Below, piece after piece: positions 1 to 10,238 of a stretch of 64,000 bases of DNA. The position numbers and the translations under genes were made by a program. The stretch's first letter is position 1. The number at the start of each line of letters is the position of its first letter. The notes beneath the pieces were generated by a model. The model worked only from the letters and a program-made list of their open reading frames with translations. It ran no database searches and was not told where the DNA came from. This DNA comes from Sphingomicrobium sp. (GTDB lineage Bacteria; Pseudomonadota; Alphaproteobacteria; Sphingomonadales; Sphingomonadaceae). Where the stretch lies: the NCBI GenBank assembly GCA_035576365.1, contig DATLWK010000008.1:28605-92604 (forward strand), read 5' to 3'.

Positions 1-2
1 AC

Positions 3-128
3 CAGAAACGCATCGTCACACCTCGCGCGGCGCTCGATGCCGGCGCATCGATCCTGGTCATCGGCCGCCCGATCACCGGCGCACAGGATCCTGCAAGGGC
101 GGCGCAGGCGATCGCGGCGACGCTTTGA
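3..128 (+). CDS. pyrF: orotidine-5'-phosphate decarboxylase, 3' end (5'-truncated by window edge)
   Basis: Manual translation [41 protein letters not shown]; the QKR..TP and GRPIT motifs are typical of OMP decarboxylase. Confidence 0.9.
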   Translation, partial: QKRIVTPRAALDAGASILVIGRPITGAQDPARAAQAIAATL

Positions 129-190
129 GCGGGTGGACAAGCGGCCGCGGCTGGGCCTAGTCGCGCCGGCGGAACGTTACAGGTGAGATC

Positions 191-1048
191 ATGAGCTGGC
201 TGAGCCGGGTTCGCAGCGGCATTCCTTTCCTGCCCAAGCGGCAGACCACCGACAATTTGTGGCACAAGTGCCGCAAGTGCGGGACGATGGTGTTCCTCAA
301 GGAATGGGAGGACAACCTCAGGGTCTGTCCGCGCTGCGATCACCACGACCGCATCGGCCCGAAGGCCCGCTTCGATCAGATATTCGATCAGTCGAAATAT
401 GAAACTTTACCGGCACCGGAGGTTCGCGAAGACCCGCTGCGCTTCCGCGACAGCAAGCGCTACACGGATCGCCTGAAGTCTGCCCGCTCGGCCACCGGCG
501 AGCGCGACGCCTTGATCAATGCCGTCGGCCTCATCGACGGGCGCAAGGCGATTGTCGGAGTGCAGGACTTCGCCTTCATGGGCGGATCGATGGGCATAGC
601 GGTTGGAGCGGCGCTCCTCGCCGGCGCTCGCAGCGCCATCGCCGAACATTGCCCCTACGTGCTGTTCACCGCCGCCGGCGGCGCACGCATGCAGGAAGGC
701 ATCTTGAGCTTGATGCAGATGCCCCGGACTACCGTCGCCCTGGCCGAGCTCCGCGAGGCCGCCCTCCCCTACATCGTCGTTCTTACCGATCCGACGACCG
801 GCGGAGTTACCGCATCCTATGCCATGCTCGGCGACGTCCAGATCGCCGAGCCTGGGGCGCTGATCGGCTTTGCCGGCCAAAGGGTCATCGAGCAGACCAT
901 CCGCGAGAAGCTTCCGGCCGGATTCCAGCGGGCGGAATATCTGCTCGAGCACGGTATGATTGACATGGTCGTGCCTCGTCACCAGCTGAAGGACGTGATC
1001 GGCCGGCTGATCGGCTATCTGATGCCGGAGGAGCAGGCGGCGGCCTGA
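191..1048 (+). CDS. accD: acetyl-CoA carboxylase carboxyltransferase beta subunit
   Basis: Zinc finger [32 protein letters not shown] motifs. Confidence 0.97.
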   Translation: MSWLSRVRSGIPFLPKRQTTDNLWHKCRKCGTMVFLKEWEDNLRVCPRCDHHDRIGPKARFDQIFDQSKYETLPAPEVREDPLRFRDSKRYTDRLKSARSATGERDALINAVGLIDGRKAIVGVQDFAFMGGSMGIAVGAALLAGARSAIAEHCPYVLFTAAGGARMQEGILSLMQMPRTTVALAELREAALPYIVVLTDPTTGGVTASYAMLGDVQIAEPGALIGFAGQRVIEQTIREKLPAGFQRAEYLLEHGMIDMVVPRHQLKDVIGRLIGYLMPEEQAAA

Positions 1049-2358
1049 TGGCCGACTTCGCGACGTCCGCGCACCCGCAAGTCCAGGCGCAGATCGATCG
1101 GCTGGCAAAGCTGTCGCCGGCCGAGGACCGCCTTGGCCTCGATCGCATCCGTCGCCTGCTCGACCGGCTCGGCCGCCCCCAGGACAGGCTTCCGCCGGTG
1201 TTCCACGTCGCCGGAACCAACGGCAAGGGCTCGACCTGTGCGTTTCTTCGCGCGTGCCTGGAATTCGCCGGGCACACGGTGCACATGTTCACCAGTCCTC
1301 ATCTCGTTCGGTTCAACGAACGGATCCGAATTGCCGGGCGGCTGGTCGACGATGCGCCGCTGGCCGAGCTTCTCGAAGAAGTCTTGGACTCGAGCGAAGG
1401 CATCGAGCCGAGCTTCTTCGAAGTGACGACGGCAGCCGCCTTCCTCGCCTTCAGCCGGACGCCGGCGGCCGCCTGCGTCGTCGAGGTCGGGCTGGGCGGC
1501 CGGCTCGACGCGACGAACGTGATCGAGCGCCCATTGGTCTGCGGGGTCGCCGGGATCGCGCTCGACCACCGCCAGTGGCTCGGCCGAACGCTCGGCGACA
1601 TTGCGGCTGAAAAGGCGGCGATCGCCAAAGCGGGGGTGCCCCTGGTCACCCAGCGCTATCCCGCGCAGGTCGCGAGGCAGGTGCAGGTTGCAGCGGAGGC
1701 GGCGGGAGCGCAGTGGTTAGCGCGTGGTGCCGCTTGGGACGCTCGCGTGATCCGGGGCAGCATCCACTATCGCGATCGGAAGGGCGCAGTGGAGCTGCCG
1801 ATGCCCGAGCTTCCCGGCCGCCACCAGGCCGACAATGCGGCCTTGGCCGCCGCACTGCTTCGCCACCAGGACGCGCTGGCAGTTTCAACGCAAGCCATGG
1901 TTGAGGGGGTCCGCGCGGCACACTGGCCGGCGCGCATGCAGAGGCTGAAGCACGGACCAGTGTCGAACCTCCTGCCGAAGGGAAGCGAGCTGTGGATCGA
2001 CGGCGGCCACAATGGCGCGGCCGCACGCCTGGTCGCCGACCATGTCCGCCGGAGCTTTGCCGGCGATCGCCCGCTGGTGCTGGTGTTCGGCTGCCTGTCG
2101 ACCAAGTCGCCGCGGGACTTGCTGAAACCCTTCGCCGGCCTTGCCGCCGCCGTCGTCTGCGTGCCGGTGCCCGGCCACGACAGCCGCCCGCCGGACGAAC
2201 TGGCGGCCCTGGCGAAACGCCTGGGCCTGAGCGCGGCCGCGCACGAGAGCCTGCAAGACGCGCTCAAGGCCGTTCGCCAGCCCGCGCGGGTGCTGGTGTT
2301 TGGCTCGCTCTACCTCGCCGGACAGGCGCTGGCGCTCAACGGCGAGGCTCCCGACTAG
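1048..2358 (+). CDS. folC: folylpolyglutamate synthase / dihydrofolate synthase
   Basis: HVAGTNGKGS, TSPHL, EVGLGGRLDATN, DGGHN, GSLYL motifs; stop/start overlap with accD. Confidence 0.96.
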   Translation: MADFATSAHPQVQAQIDRLAKLSPAEDRLGLDRIRRLLDRLGRPQDRLPPVFHVAGTNGKGSTCAFLRACLEFAGHTVHMFTSPHLVRFNERIRIAGRLVDDAPLAELLEEVLDSSEGIEPSFFEVTTAAAFLAFSRTPAAACVVEVGLGGRLDATNVIERPLVCGVAGIALDHRQWLGRTLGDIAAEKAAIAKAGVPLVTQRYPAQVARQVQVAAEAAGAQWLARGAAWDARVIRGSIHYRDRKGAVELPMPELPGRHQADNAALAAALLRHQDALAVSTQAMVEGVRAAHWPARMQRLKHGPVSNLLPKGSELWIDGGHNGAAARLVADHVRRSFAGDRPLVLVFGCLSTKSPRDLLKPFAGLAAAVVCVPVPGHDSRPPDELAALAKRLGLSAAAHESLQDALKAVRQPARVLVFGSLYLAGQALALNGEAPD

Positions 2359-4073
2359 GCCGTGTCACCCTCCGCCGCACGCGCGGCGTCGGCGGCGAGG
2401 ACGTCCCCACCCCCGGCACGGCGCCGGCCGGCCCAGGCCACCCGGATCCATTCGAGCATGACGAAGACCACGGCGATGATGCCGATTGCGGCGGTGAGGA
2501 AGAAGACGGGCGCATAGCCGATCTGCTCGATCCGCTCCCCGATCCAGGCCCGGCCGAGCGACCCGACAAGGAAGGTCAGCGACGACAGCAAAGCATATTG
2601 GACGGCACTGAACTCGCGCGACGTGATCGACGACAGGTAGGCAACGAACGCCGCGCCGGCGAGGCCGCCGGCAATATTCTCGCCGGAAATCGCGATCATC
2701 AGCCGGATCATTCGCAGGTCCGTTCCGAGCTGATCGAGCAAGAACAGCCGAGCGAAAGCGTCGATATAGGGCCCGCCCATGGCCAGATCGGCGTAGAGAA
2801 GGTTGCTGGCGGCAGCGACGATTGCGCCGATCAGCAGGGTTGGCATCCGCCCCAGCACGGCAAACAGAATTCCGCCGATGGCGATCCCGGCCATGGTCAT
2901 GAACACGCCGAAGATCTTCGAGGCGAAGGCAACCTCATCGCCGGTATATTGCAGTTCCTGGAGGTAGAAGGGGAAGGCGAAGGCGCCCCAGATATTGTCG
3001 GTGATCCGGTAGCTGAGGATCAGGCCGAGGACGATGATCACCCCCCAGCCGATGCGGCGAACCAGTTCGCCGAGCGGCAGGATCAGCGCGCTGTAAGTAT
3101 GGTCGGCAGCCCGGCCGGCACCGTCCGGCGCCGGCTGGTCGGACTTCAGCACGTAGCCGCGCCGCTCCTTCATCCAGTTGAACACGGCCGCGACGATTGC
3201 CGGCACGATGACGGTCGCCGCGACGATCAACGGTCCCATGCTGCGGGTGAACTCGCCGACGTTTGGAGTCTCGTCGCCGGGAGCGACGGTCACGACACGG
3301 ACCATGAACGAGCCGACGGTCCACAATGCCCAGACCCAGCCGGCGCCGACGATGGCGAGGCCAATGGCGCGCAGCTTCGGCGAGACCGCACCGGCGCGGC
3401 GGAGCGCGCTCTGCTCGCGCTCGATGGCGGTGCGCGGAGTGTCGGGCGCGAGGAAGGTGGCGATCAGGGTCGCGGCCATGAACACGCCCATGATCGCGTA
3501 GACCGTCGGCCAGGGGACGCGTTCAGAGAGAACTAGCGCGAGGGCACCGCCGATCAAAGCGGCGATACGGTAGCCGAATTGGTAGATCGACGAGAGGATC
3601 TCGACCGGCGCCTGCTCGTCGGCGACGTCGATCCTCCAGGCGTCGATAACGACGTCCTGGGTGGCTGACGAAAATGCGCCGATCACCGCGACCAGCGCGA
3701 ACCAGCCGAGTGCAAGTCGCGGGTCGGACAGCGCAAGCCCGAAGAAGGTCGCCGTGAGGATGACCTGGCAAAGCACCAGCCAGCTGCGCCGCCGCCCGAG
3801 CCGTTCGAGGCCAGGCAAGCGGACTCGGTCGACCAAAGGCGACCACAGGAACTTAAACGCGTAGGCGAGGCCGATCCACGAAATGACTCCGATGGTCGCA
3901 AGGTCGACCTGCCATTCCCCGAGCCAGGCGTTGAGCGTCCCGATCAACAATGTGTACGGCAGCCCGGCGGCAAAACCGAAGACCAGCATGATCGCCGTCT
4001 TGCGGTTGCGCAGCGCGCTTCCGAGCAGGCGCAGCCCTGTGGGATGCTCACCGATCGCTGCCGTCGTTGCCAT
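2355..4073 (-). CDS. ampG: AmpG family muropeptide MFS permease
   Basis: GFAAGLPY, KFLWSPLVD, GRRRSW, SATQDVVIDAWRI, QYALLSSL motifs. Confidence 0.9.
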   Translation of the reverse strand: MATTAAIGEHPTGLRLLGSALRNRKTAIMLVFGFAAGLPYTLLIGTLNAWLGEWQVDLATIGVISWIGLAYAFKFLWSPLVDRVRLPGLERLGRRRSWLVLCQVILTATFFGLALSDPRLALGWFALVAVIGAFSSATQDVVIDAWRIDVADEQAPVEILSSIYQFGYRIAALIGGALALVLSERVPWPTVYAIMGVFMAATLIATFLAPDTPRTAIEREQSALRRAGAVSPKLRAIGLAIVGAGWVWALWTVGSFMVRVVTVAPGDETPNVGEFTRSMGPLIVAATVIVPAIVAAVFNWMKERRGYVLKSDQPAPDGAGRAADHTYSALILPLGELVRRIGWGVIIVLGLILSYRITDNIWGAFAFPFYLQELQYTGDEVAFASKIFGVFMTMAGIAIGGILFAVLGRMPTLLIGAIVAAASNLLYADLAMGGPYIDAFARLFLLDQLGTDLRMIRLMIAISGENIAGGLAGAAFVAYLSSITSREFSAVQYALLSSLTFLVGSLGRAWIGERIEQIGYAPVFFLTAAIGIIAVVFVMLEWIRVAWAGRRRAGGGDVLAADAARAAEGDTA

Positions 4074-4179
4074 TCGCGGCGTCCTCCCTGTTGACCTCGA
4101 GACAACATGCTAGCAGCCGAACGGCGGCTGAACAGCCTCTCACTTGTCACGCGGGCGCAACAGGCGCACGATTGTCCGC

Positions 4180-5321
4180 ATGGATGCCCCCGCGAGGTCC
4201 CGGCCGAGCCACGGCCAACGCGCGCTGGCAGAAGCGCTTGCCCGCGGCGGAACCGACATGGGCTCGAGCATCGTCGAGCTCGATTCAGCCGTCTATGTCG
4301 ACCCCGCGCGGTTCGATGCCGAGCGATCGGCATTGTTCCGGCGCCTGCCGCTGCCGATTGCCCCTACTGCGCTGCTCCCAAGTTCCGAGTTTGCGGTGAC
4401 TCACGACGGCTTTGGAGTGCCGCTGATCCTGTCGCGCGACTCGAACGGCAATGCCCATGTGATGGCCAACGTCTGCCGCCATCGCGGCACGCGCCTACTC
4501 GACGGAAGTGATCCAATCCCGGCCAAGCGGATCCTCTGCCCTTATCACGCCTGGACCTACGGTGCGGACGGGGCCTTGATGGCGCTGCCGCGGGTCGCCT
4601 GCTTCCCCGGCATCGACAAAGCGGAGAAGCAGCTAATCCATTTTCCGGCCGTCGAAAGCGGCGGGCTGATCTGGTTCGCCCGTGACGAAGCCGCGGATTT
4701 CGGCCCGGTGTTCGAGCTCGAGGAGGATTTCGACGCGTTCGGAATGGCCGGCCTCCACCTGTACAAGAGGCGGACGCACGAAGTGCCGGCGAACTGGAAG
4801 CTGATCGTCGATGCCTTCCTCGAAAGCTATCACGTCCAGCGGCTGCATTCGGCGACAATCGCCAGTTTCTTCGCCGATGGAATCACCGCGGCCGACCGGA
4901 TCGGACCGCACCAGCGCGCAGTGGTTGGCCGCGCCGACTATCTTCCGAGATCGACCGCGACGACTGGAGCGCGCTGCGCCGCGCCGTCACCTACACCTAT
5001 TTCCTTTTTCCCAACGCAATCGTCATCGTCAGCCCGGATTACATTAATCTGCTGGTAGTCATGCCCCGGTCGGTGAGATCGAGCCTGGTCGAGGATTTCA
5101 TGCTGATCCCGGAAGCGCCGGCGACCAACGAGGCCGAGGCGCATTGGCAGAAAAGCTGGGACCTGCTCGACGGCGGCACCTTCGGCGCCGAGGATTTCCA
5201 TGCCGCCGCGCTTTGCCAACGTGGCCTCGACTCCGGACTATTGCCAAAGGTCACCCTGGGAACGCTGGAAAGCGGCATTGCCGACTTCCACGAAAGAGTC
5301 GCGGCGGCGCTTCAGGACTGA
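4180..5321 (+). pseudogene. Rieske non-heme iron oxygenase alpha subunit, frameshifted near 4945 (pseudogene or sequencing error)
   Basis: NVCRHRG and CPYHAWTY Rieske motifs and ESYHVQRLH iron motif in the first frame; homologous-looking sequence continues in the -1 frame (EIDRDDWSALRRAVTYTYFLFPN...) to the stop at 5321. Confidence 0.85.
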
Positions 5322-5749
5322 CCGGCGAAGAACAGCTCCAGCCCCTTTTGCGGCTTGACCGGTTTCCCTGAAAGATGCCGGTCGATGCATTCGAGAGCAC
5401 GCTTCAACTGGCGCTCGGTATAGGGTTTCCGCAAGCAGCCGATGGCGACTTCCGAAGCGTTCGGGATGTCGTATCCCGTCGCGAACAGGGTCGGCGTGCC
5501 GCGAGCCTTCGCCGCCCGGGCGAGATCGATCCCGGTCTGCTCGCTGCTCAGACGGACGTCGCTCAGGATCAGGTCGATCTTCTCTTTCTCGAGCATCCGG
5601 ATGGCGTCTCCGAAGCTGTCGAGCGTCGCCACGACTTCATAACCCAAGTCGCGAAGAGTTGATTCGTTGTCGAACGCGGTCAGCGGCTCATCCTCGACGA
5701 CGAGGATCCGCTTGACGGCACGTTCACGCTTCCCGAACAGCATCGGCAA
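5312..5749 (-). CDS. single-domain response regulator (receiver), FATGY-motif type
   Basis: ILVVEDE, LILSDVRL, PTLFATGY, LRKPY. Confidence 0.9.
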   Translation of the reverse strand: MPMLFGKRERAVKRILVVEDEPLTAFDNESTLRDLGYEVVATLDSFGDAIRMLEKEKIDLILSDVRLSSEQTGIDLARAAKARGTPTLFATGYDIPNASEVAIGCLRKPYTERQLKRALECIDRHLSGKPVKPQKGLELFFAGQS

Positions 5750-5766
5750 CCCATAGGATAAACGAC

Positions 5767-6588
5767 TTGGCCCCGGAACGAACGAAACGCGACGCGGTAT
5801 CCCGGCGCAACAAAGCCCGGCCGAATGTGCCGCGCGCGCAACAGAAAAGGCGCCCGGAGCCGCGAGAGGCGGGGCCGCAGCGGATCGCCAAGCTTCTCGC
5901 TCGCGCCGGAGTGGCCTCGCGGCGGGACATCGAGCGGATGATCGCCGACGGCAGGATCGCGATCAACGGCGAGACCCTGACGACTCCGGCGACCTTGCTC
6001 GACAATCTTTCGGGCGTGACAGTCGACGGCAAGCCGGTGAAGCCGCCGGCGGCGGCGCGGCTGTTCCGCTTCTACAAGCCGCAGGGGACGCTCACAGCCG
6101 CTCGCGACCCGAAGGGCCGGCCGACCATCTACGACCGGTTGCCCCAATCGCTTCCGCGACTGATGCCGGTCGGGCGCCTCGACTTCATGACCGAGGGCCT
6201 GCTGCTGCTCACCAACGACGGCGAGCTCAAGCGCCGGCTCGAGCTCCCCAGGACCGGAGTCGTTCGCCGCTACCGAGCGCGCGCATTCGGTTCTGTTAGC
6301 CAGGAGCAGCTCGAGGAGCTTTCCGAAGGGGTGACCATCGATGGGGTCCACTACGGCTCGATCAATGCCAACCTCGAGCGCCGAACCGGCCGCAATTGCT
6401 GGATCGAGCTCGAGCTGACCGAAGGCAAGAACCGCGAGGTCCGGCGGGTGCTCGGGCATCTCGGTCTGCAGGTCTCGCGGCTGATCAGGACCGCGTACGG
6501 ACCGTTTGAGCTGGGCGGGCTTGCGCCCGGACAGGTGGCGGAAATCGACCGCGGGGAGCTTTTCCGGTTCCGAAGCTCCCTCAATTGA
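5767..6588 (+). CDS. rluB: 23S rRNA pseudouridine synthase, RluB/RsuA family with S4 domain
   Basis: RIAKLLARAGVASRR, VGRLDFMTEGLLLLTNDGEL, LTEGKNREVRR. Confidence 0.85.
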   Translation: MAPERTKRDAVSRRNKARPNVPRAQQKRRPEPREAGPQRIAKLLARAGVASRRDIERMIADGRIAINGETLTTPATLLDNLSGVTVDGKPVKPPAAARLFRFYKPQGTLTAARDPKGRPTIYDRLPQSLPRLMPVGRLDFMTEGLLLLTNDGELKRRLELPRTGVVRRYRARAFGSVSQEQLEELSEGVTIDGVHYGSINANLERRTGRNCWIELELTEGKNREVRRVLGHLGLQVSRLIRTAYGPFELGGLAPGQVAEIDRGELFRFRSSLN

Positions 6589-7124
6589 GAATCATCGCCG
6601 GCGAATGGCGAGGGCGACGGCTGGTCGCGCCCGCAGGGCTTTCGACGCGACCGACCGCTGACCGCGTTCGCGAAACGCTATTCTCGATGCTCGTCAGCCG
6701 GCTCGGCAGCTTCGAGGGGCTGGCGACCGCCGACCTTTTCGCCGGCAGCGGCGCTCTTGGTTTCGAAGCACTGTCGCGCGGCGCGGCGCACGCCACCTTT
6801 GTTGATTCGGACCCTGCCGCCGTACGCGCTATCCGAACCAACGCCGGTGCCCTGGGCGCCGAGAATCGCGTGCGGGTAATCGCCGCATCCGCACTGAAAC
6901 TACCGGCCTCGGATCGTTTCGATTTGGTCTTTGCCGATCCGCCTTATGCTCCGGGATCGGGCGCGGCCGCAGTGGCGGCCGTTGCTTCTGCTGGTTGGCT
7001 GATGCCCGGCGGATGGATGTCCATCGAGACGAACCGGGCGGATTCGGTCGAGGTTGGCGACTGGTCGATCGAGGCCGAGCGGACCGTCGGACGGGCAAAG
7101 CTTACGCTGCTTCGCCGGCCCTAG
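6585..7124 (+). CDS. rsmD: 16S rRNA m2G966 methyltransferase
   Basis: MRIIAGEWRGRRL, RPTADRVRETLF, DLFAGSGALGFEALSRGA, DPPY. Confidence 0.95.
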   Translation: MRIIAGEWRGRRLVAPAGLSTRPTADRVRETLFSMLVSRLGSFEGLATADLFAGSGALGFEALSRGAAHATFVDSDPAAVRAIRTNAGALGAENRVRVIAASALKLPASDRFDLVFADPPYAPGSGAAAVAAVASAGWLMPGGWMSIETNRADSVEVGDWSIEAERTVGRAKLTLLRRP

Positions 7125-7506
7125 ATTTCTTCGCCGCTTTCTGAATTTCCTCGACCTCGGTTGCCAGGCGCCGGCCCATTGCGGCGGCGGCCGCCTTGGC
7201 CGCGGCTTTGAGAGTCCTGGCCGCCCGGCGCTGATCGTCCTCGCGGCGGCTGTATCGCGACTCGGCGATGGCGGCGAGCGCAGCCGTTGCTCCGACGGCG
7301 AGCAGATCGGCAACCAATGGGCTCTCGATCAGCTTAATCAGCGCATCGGCCGCGGTCGTCTCGCCCTGATTCGCTTTCGCACCGGATGTGGAGCGCTTGC
7401 CCGAACGACCCCCGCCGGCGGACGTCGACGACGCTTTCGTCCCGGAGGAGCCCTTCCTGGTCGTCCCGCTGCCTTTGGTGCTGGTCCTGCTTGCTGTCTT
7501 CGCCAT
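7102..7506 (-). CDS. hypothetical protein, basic Ser/Thr/Lys/Gly-rich N-terminus and Ala-rich helices
   Basis: ORF with plausible ATG at 7506 (MAKTASRTSTK...); fills the gap between rsmD and the rpsA leader. Confidence 0.7.
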   Translation of the reverse strand: MAKTASRTSTKGSGTTRKGSSGTKASSTSAGGGRSGKRSTSGAKANQGETTAADALIKLIESPLVADLLAVGATAALAAIAESRYSRREDDQRRAARTLKAAAKAAAAAMGRRLATEVEEIQKAAKKSRAGEAA

Positions 7507-7901
7507 TGCTCGTCGCTCCCGAAGAATTCGTGTCGCCCGCTTCAACACACGGGGCGCGGGCTGGTATCCGCGATCATTCGCACGAAGCGTTCCGACCACC
7601 GCTGTCAAGCGCTCGAAGGCGCTTCACTTGCCTCTGCACCGCCTCTCCGCTAAGGCGCGCGCGTCCGGCGGGGCGGTGCGCTTGCACTCCCCGCGGCGAG
7701 CTGTCTCAATGGCATGCGCGTGGGGTCCGGAAACGACCGGCACTCTGACGCGCCTTTTTGCTTGGGCTGGCTGGCACCGGACGCCGCCGCGGCACGCGGC
7801 CGCTGCGGCACATCGGCAATGGCAAAGTCCGCTTGACGGAAAGCGGCCCATGGTGGGCAGCTCGCGGCAGGCAGATGAAAGATTAGGAAGACTATAGGCA
7901 C

Positions 7902-9608
7902 ATGGCGACCACTGAATTTCCGACCCGCGAGGACTTCGCGGAGCTCCTGAACAAGAGCCTCGGCGGCGAAAACGAGGCGTTCGAGGGGAAGGTCGTCAAA
8001 GGCACGGTCACAGCGATCGAAAATGATCTGGCAGTGATCGATGTCGGCCTGAAGTCGGAAGGGCGGGTGCCGCTGCGCGAATTCGCAGCGCCGGGCCAGA
8101 AGGCCGAAATCAGCGTCGGCGACGAGGTCGAAGTTTACGTCGACCGGGTCGAAAATGCCGCCGGCGAGGCGATGCTCAGTCGCGACCGCGCCCGCCGCGA
8201 AGCCGCGTGGGACAAGCTCGAGAAGGAATTCGAGGCCGGCAACCGTGTCGAGGGCGTGATCTTCGGTCGCGTCAAGGGCGGCTTCACCGTCGATCTCGGC
8301 GGCGCCGTGGCCTTCCTGCCGGGTAGCCAGGTCGACATCCGCCCGGTGCGCGACGTCGGCCCGCTGATGGACATCCCGCAGCCGTTCCAGATCCTGAAGA
8401 TGGACCGCCGCCGCGGCAACATCGTCGTGTCGCGCCGGGCGATCCTCGAGGAAACCCGGGCCGAGCAGCGCTCCGGCCTGATCCAGAGCCTGGCCGAGGG
8501 TCAGGTGATCGACGGAGTCGTCAAGAACATCACCGATTACGGCGCCTTCGTCGACCTCGGCGGCATTGACGGGCTGCTCCACGTCACCGACATCAGCTAC
8601 AAGCGCGTCAACCACCCCAGCGAGGTGATCAACATCGGCGACACGGTCCGCGTCCAGATCATCCGAATCAACCGCGAAACCCAGCGCATCAGCCTCGGCA
8701 TGAAGCAGCTCGAAACCGACCCGTGGGATGGCGCGGCAGCGAAATATCCGATCGAGGGCGTGTTCCGCGGCCGAGTGACCAACATCACCGAATATGGCGC
8801 CTTCGTCGAGCTCGAGGCGGGAATCGAGGGCCTCGTCCACGTCTCCGAAATGAGCTGGACCAAGAAGAACGTCCATCCGGGCAAGATCGTCTCCACCAGC
8901 CAGGAAGTCGACGTCAAGGTGCTCGAGGTCGATGAGGAAAAGCGCCGGATCAGTCTCGGGCTTAAGCAGGCCCAGGCCAACCCGTGGGAAGCCTTCGCCG
9001 AAAAGCACCCGGTCGGCTCGGAAGTCGAGGGCGAGGTCAAGAACTCCACCGAGTTCGGCCTGTTCATCGGCCTCGACGGCGATGTCGATGGAATGGTCCA
9101 CATGTCGGATATCGCCTGGGGCGTGTCCGGCGAGGAAGCGCTTCAGCTCCATCACAAGGGCGAGCGGATCAAGGCGGTCGTGCTCGACGTCGACGTCGAA
9201 AAGGAGCGCATCAGCCTCGGCATGAAGCAGCTCGAGCGCGGCGGAGTCGCCGCTCCGGGCGGTGCCGGCGTCAAGAAGGGCGACATCGTCACCGTCGAGG
9301 TGCTCGAAGTGAAGGATGGCGGACTCGACGTGCAGGTCGCGGACGGTCCCACCGGATTCATCAAGCGGGCCGACCTCGGCCGCGACCGCGATGAACAGCG
9401 GCCGGAGCGCTTCCAGGTGGGCCAGAAATTCGACGCGATGGTGTCGGGCTTCGACCGCTCGAAGAAGCCGAACTTCTCGATCAAGGCGCTGCAGATCTCC
9501 GAGGAGAAGCAGGCGGTCGCTCAGTACGGCTCGTCCGATAGCGGCGCGAGCCTCGGCGACATTCTCGGAGCAGCGCTCAAGGAAAAGGCCGAGGCGTCGA
9601 AAAAGTAG
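7902..9608 (+). CDS. rpsA: 30S ribosomal protein S1
   Basis: Six S1 repeats; IDVGLKSEGRVP, AFLPGSQVD, YGAFVDLGGIDGLLHVTD. Confidence 0.99.
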   Translation: MATTEFPTREDFAELLNKSLGGENEAFEGKVVKGTVTAIENDLAVIDVGLKSEGRVPLREFAAPGQKAEISVGDEVEVYVDRVENAAGEAMLSRDRARREAAWDKLEKEFEAGNRVEGVIFGRVKGGFTVDLGGAVAFLPGSQVDIRPVRDVGPLMDIPQPFQILKMDRRRGNIVVSRRAILEETRAEQRSGLIQSLAEGQVIDGVVKNITDYGAFVDLGGIDGLLHVTDISYKRVNHPSEVINIGDTVRVQIIRINRETQRISLGMKQLETDPWDGAAAKYPIEGVFRGRVTNITEYGAFVELEAGIEGLVHVSEMSWTKKNVHPGKIVSTSQEVDVKVLEVDEEKRRISLGLKQAQANPWEAFAEKHPVGSEVEGEVKNSTEFGLFIGLDGDVDGMVHMSDIAWGVSGEEALQLHHKGERIKAVVLDVDVEKERISLGMKQLERGGVAAPGGAGVKKGDIVTVEVLEVKDGGLDVQVADGPTGFIKRADLGRDRDEQRPERFQVGQKFDAMVSGFDRSKKPNFSIKALQISEEKQAVAQYGSSDSGASLGDILGAALKEKAEASKK

Positions 9609-9620
9609 CAGGAATCAGGT

Positions 9621-9658
9621 GCCGGCGCGGCCCGCAAGGGTTGCGCCGGCGGCTCTTT
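9621..9658 (+). terminator. GC-rich hairpin after rpsA (terminator-like)
   Basis: GCCGGCGC-GGCCC-GCAA-GGGTT-GCGCCGGC followed by a weak T tract. Confidence 0.5.
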
Positions 9659-9729
9659 CCTGACAGCGTGCCCCAGAACACTGCCGCAGGGGGAGCGGCT
9701 TGGTTCTGCTCAAGAAGCGGGGACTCTCA

Positions 9730-10029
9730 ATGATCCGTTCGGAACTCGTCCAGAAGCTGTGCGATGACTTTCCCGATCTCACCCAGCGGGAGATCGAGGG
9801 CGTCGTGACTGCAATTTTCCACTCGATCACTGATCAGCTGGCGAATGGCGGCAGGGTTGAGCTGCGCGGCTTTGGCGCCTTCTCGACGCGGCAACGCGAT
9901 GCCCGGATCGGCCGCAACCCCCGCACCGGCGAATCCGTATCGGTGGACGCCAAGCGCGTGCCCTATTTCAAGCCCGGCAAGGAGATGCGGGAGCGGCTGA
10001 ACCTGAACGGGACGGCCGAGGCGTTATAA
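9730..10029 (+). CDS. ihfB: integration host factor beta subunit
   Basis: [42 protein letters not shown]; follows rpsA. Confidence 0.96.
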   Translation: MIRSELVQKLCDDFPDLTQREIEGVVTAIFHSITDQLANGGRVELRGFGAFSTRQRDARIGRNPRTGESVSVDAKRVPYFKPGKEMRERLNLNGTAEAL

Positions 10030-10042
10030 CCGCTGCCCGGGC

Positions 10043-10129
10043 GCGGACGTGGCGGAATAGGTAGACGCTGAAGACTTAAAATCTTCTGCCCGACAGGGCG
10101 TGCGGGTTCGAGTCCCGCCGTCCGCACCA
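10043..10129 (+). tRNA. tRNA-Leu(TAA)
   Basis: GCGGACG/CGTCCGC acceptor stem, GAAGA-CTTAAAA-TCTTC anticodon arm, long variable arm, GTTCGAG T-loop, encoded CCA. Confidence 0.96.
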
Positions 10130-10238
10130 GCCCTCATTCGGGCCGAAACTGAACCGGCTGCCGCCGGCGAAACGGATTTCGCCGTCCCGCCGATTGCCCG
10201 GAGAAAATTTGTTAAGCCTGCGGCGCTAGTTTGGCTTC

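Noticed and set aside
7560-7592. GGAAC upstream of the 7102-7506 gene as an EcfG promoter
   Set aside because: No GTT/TT at the expected -10 spacing
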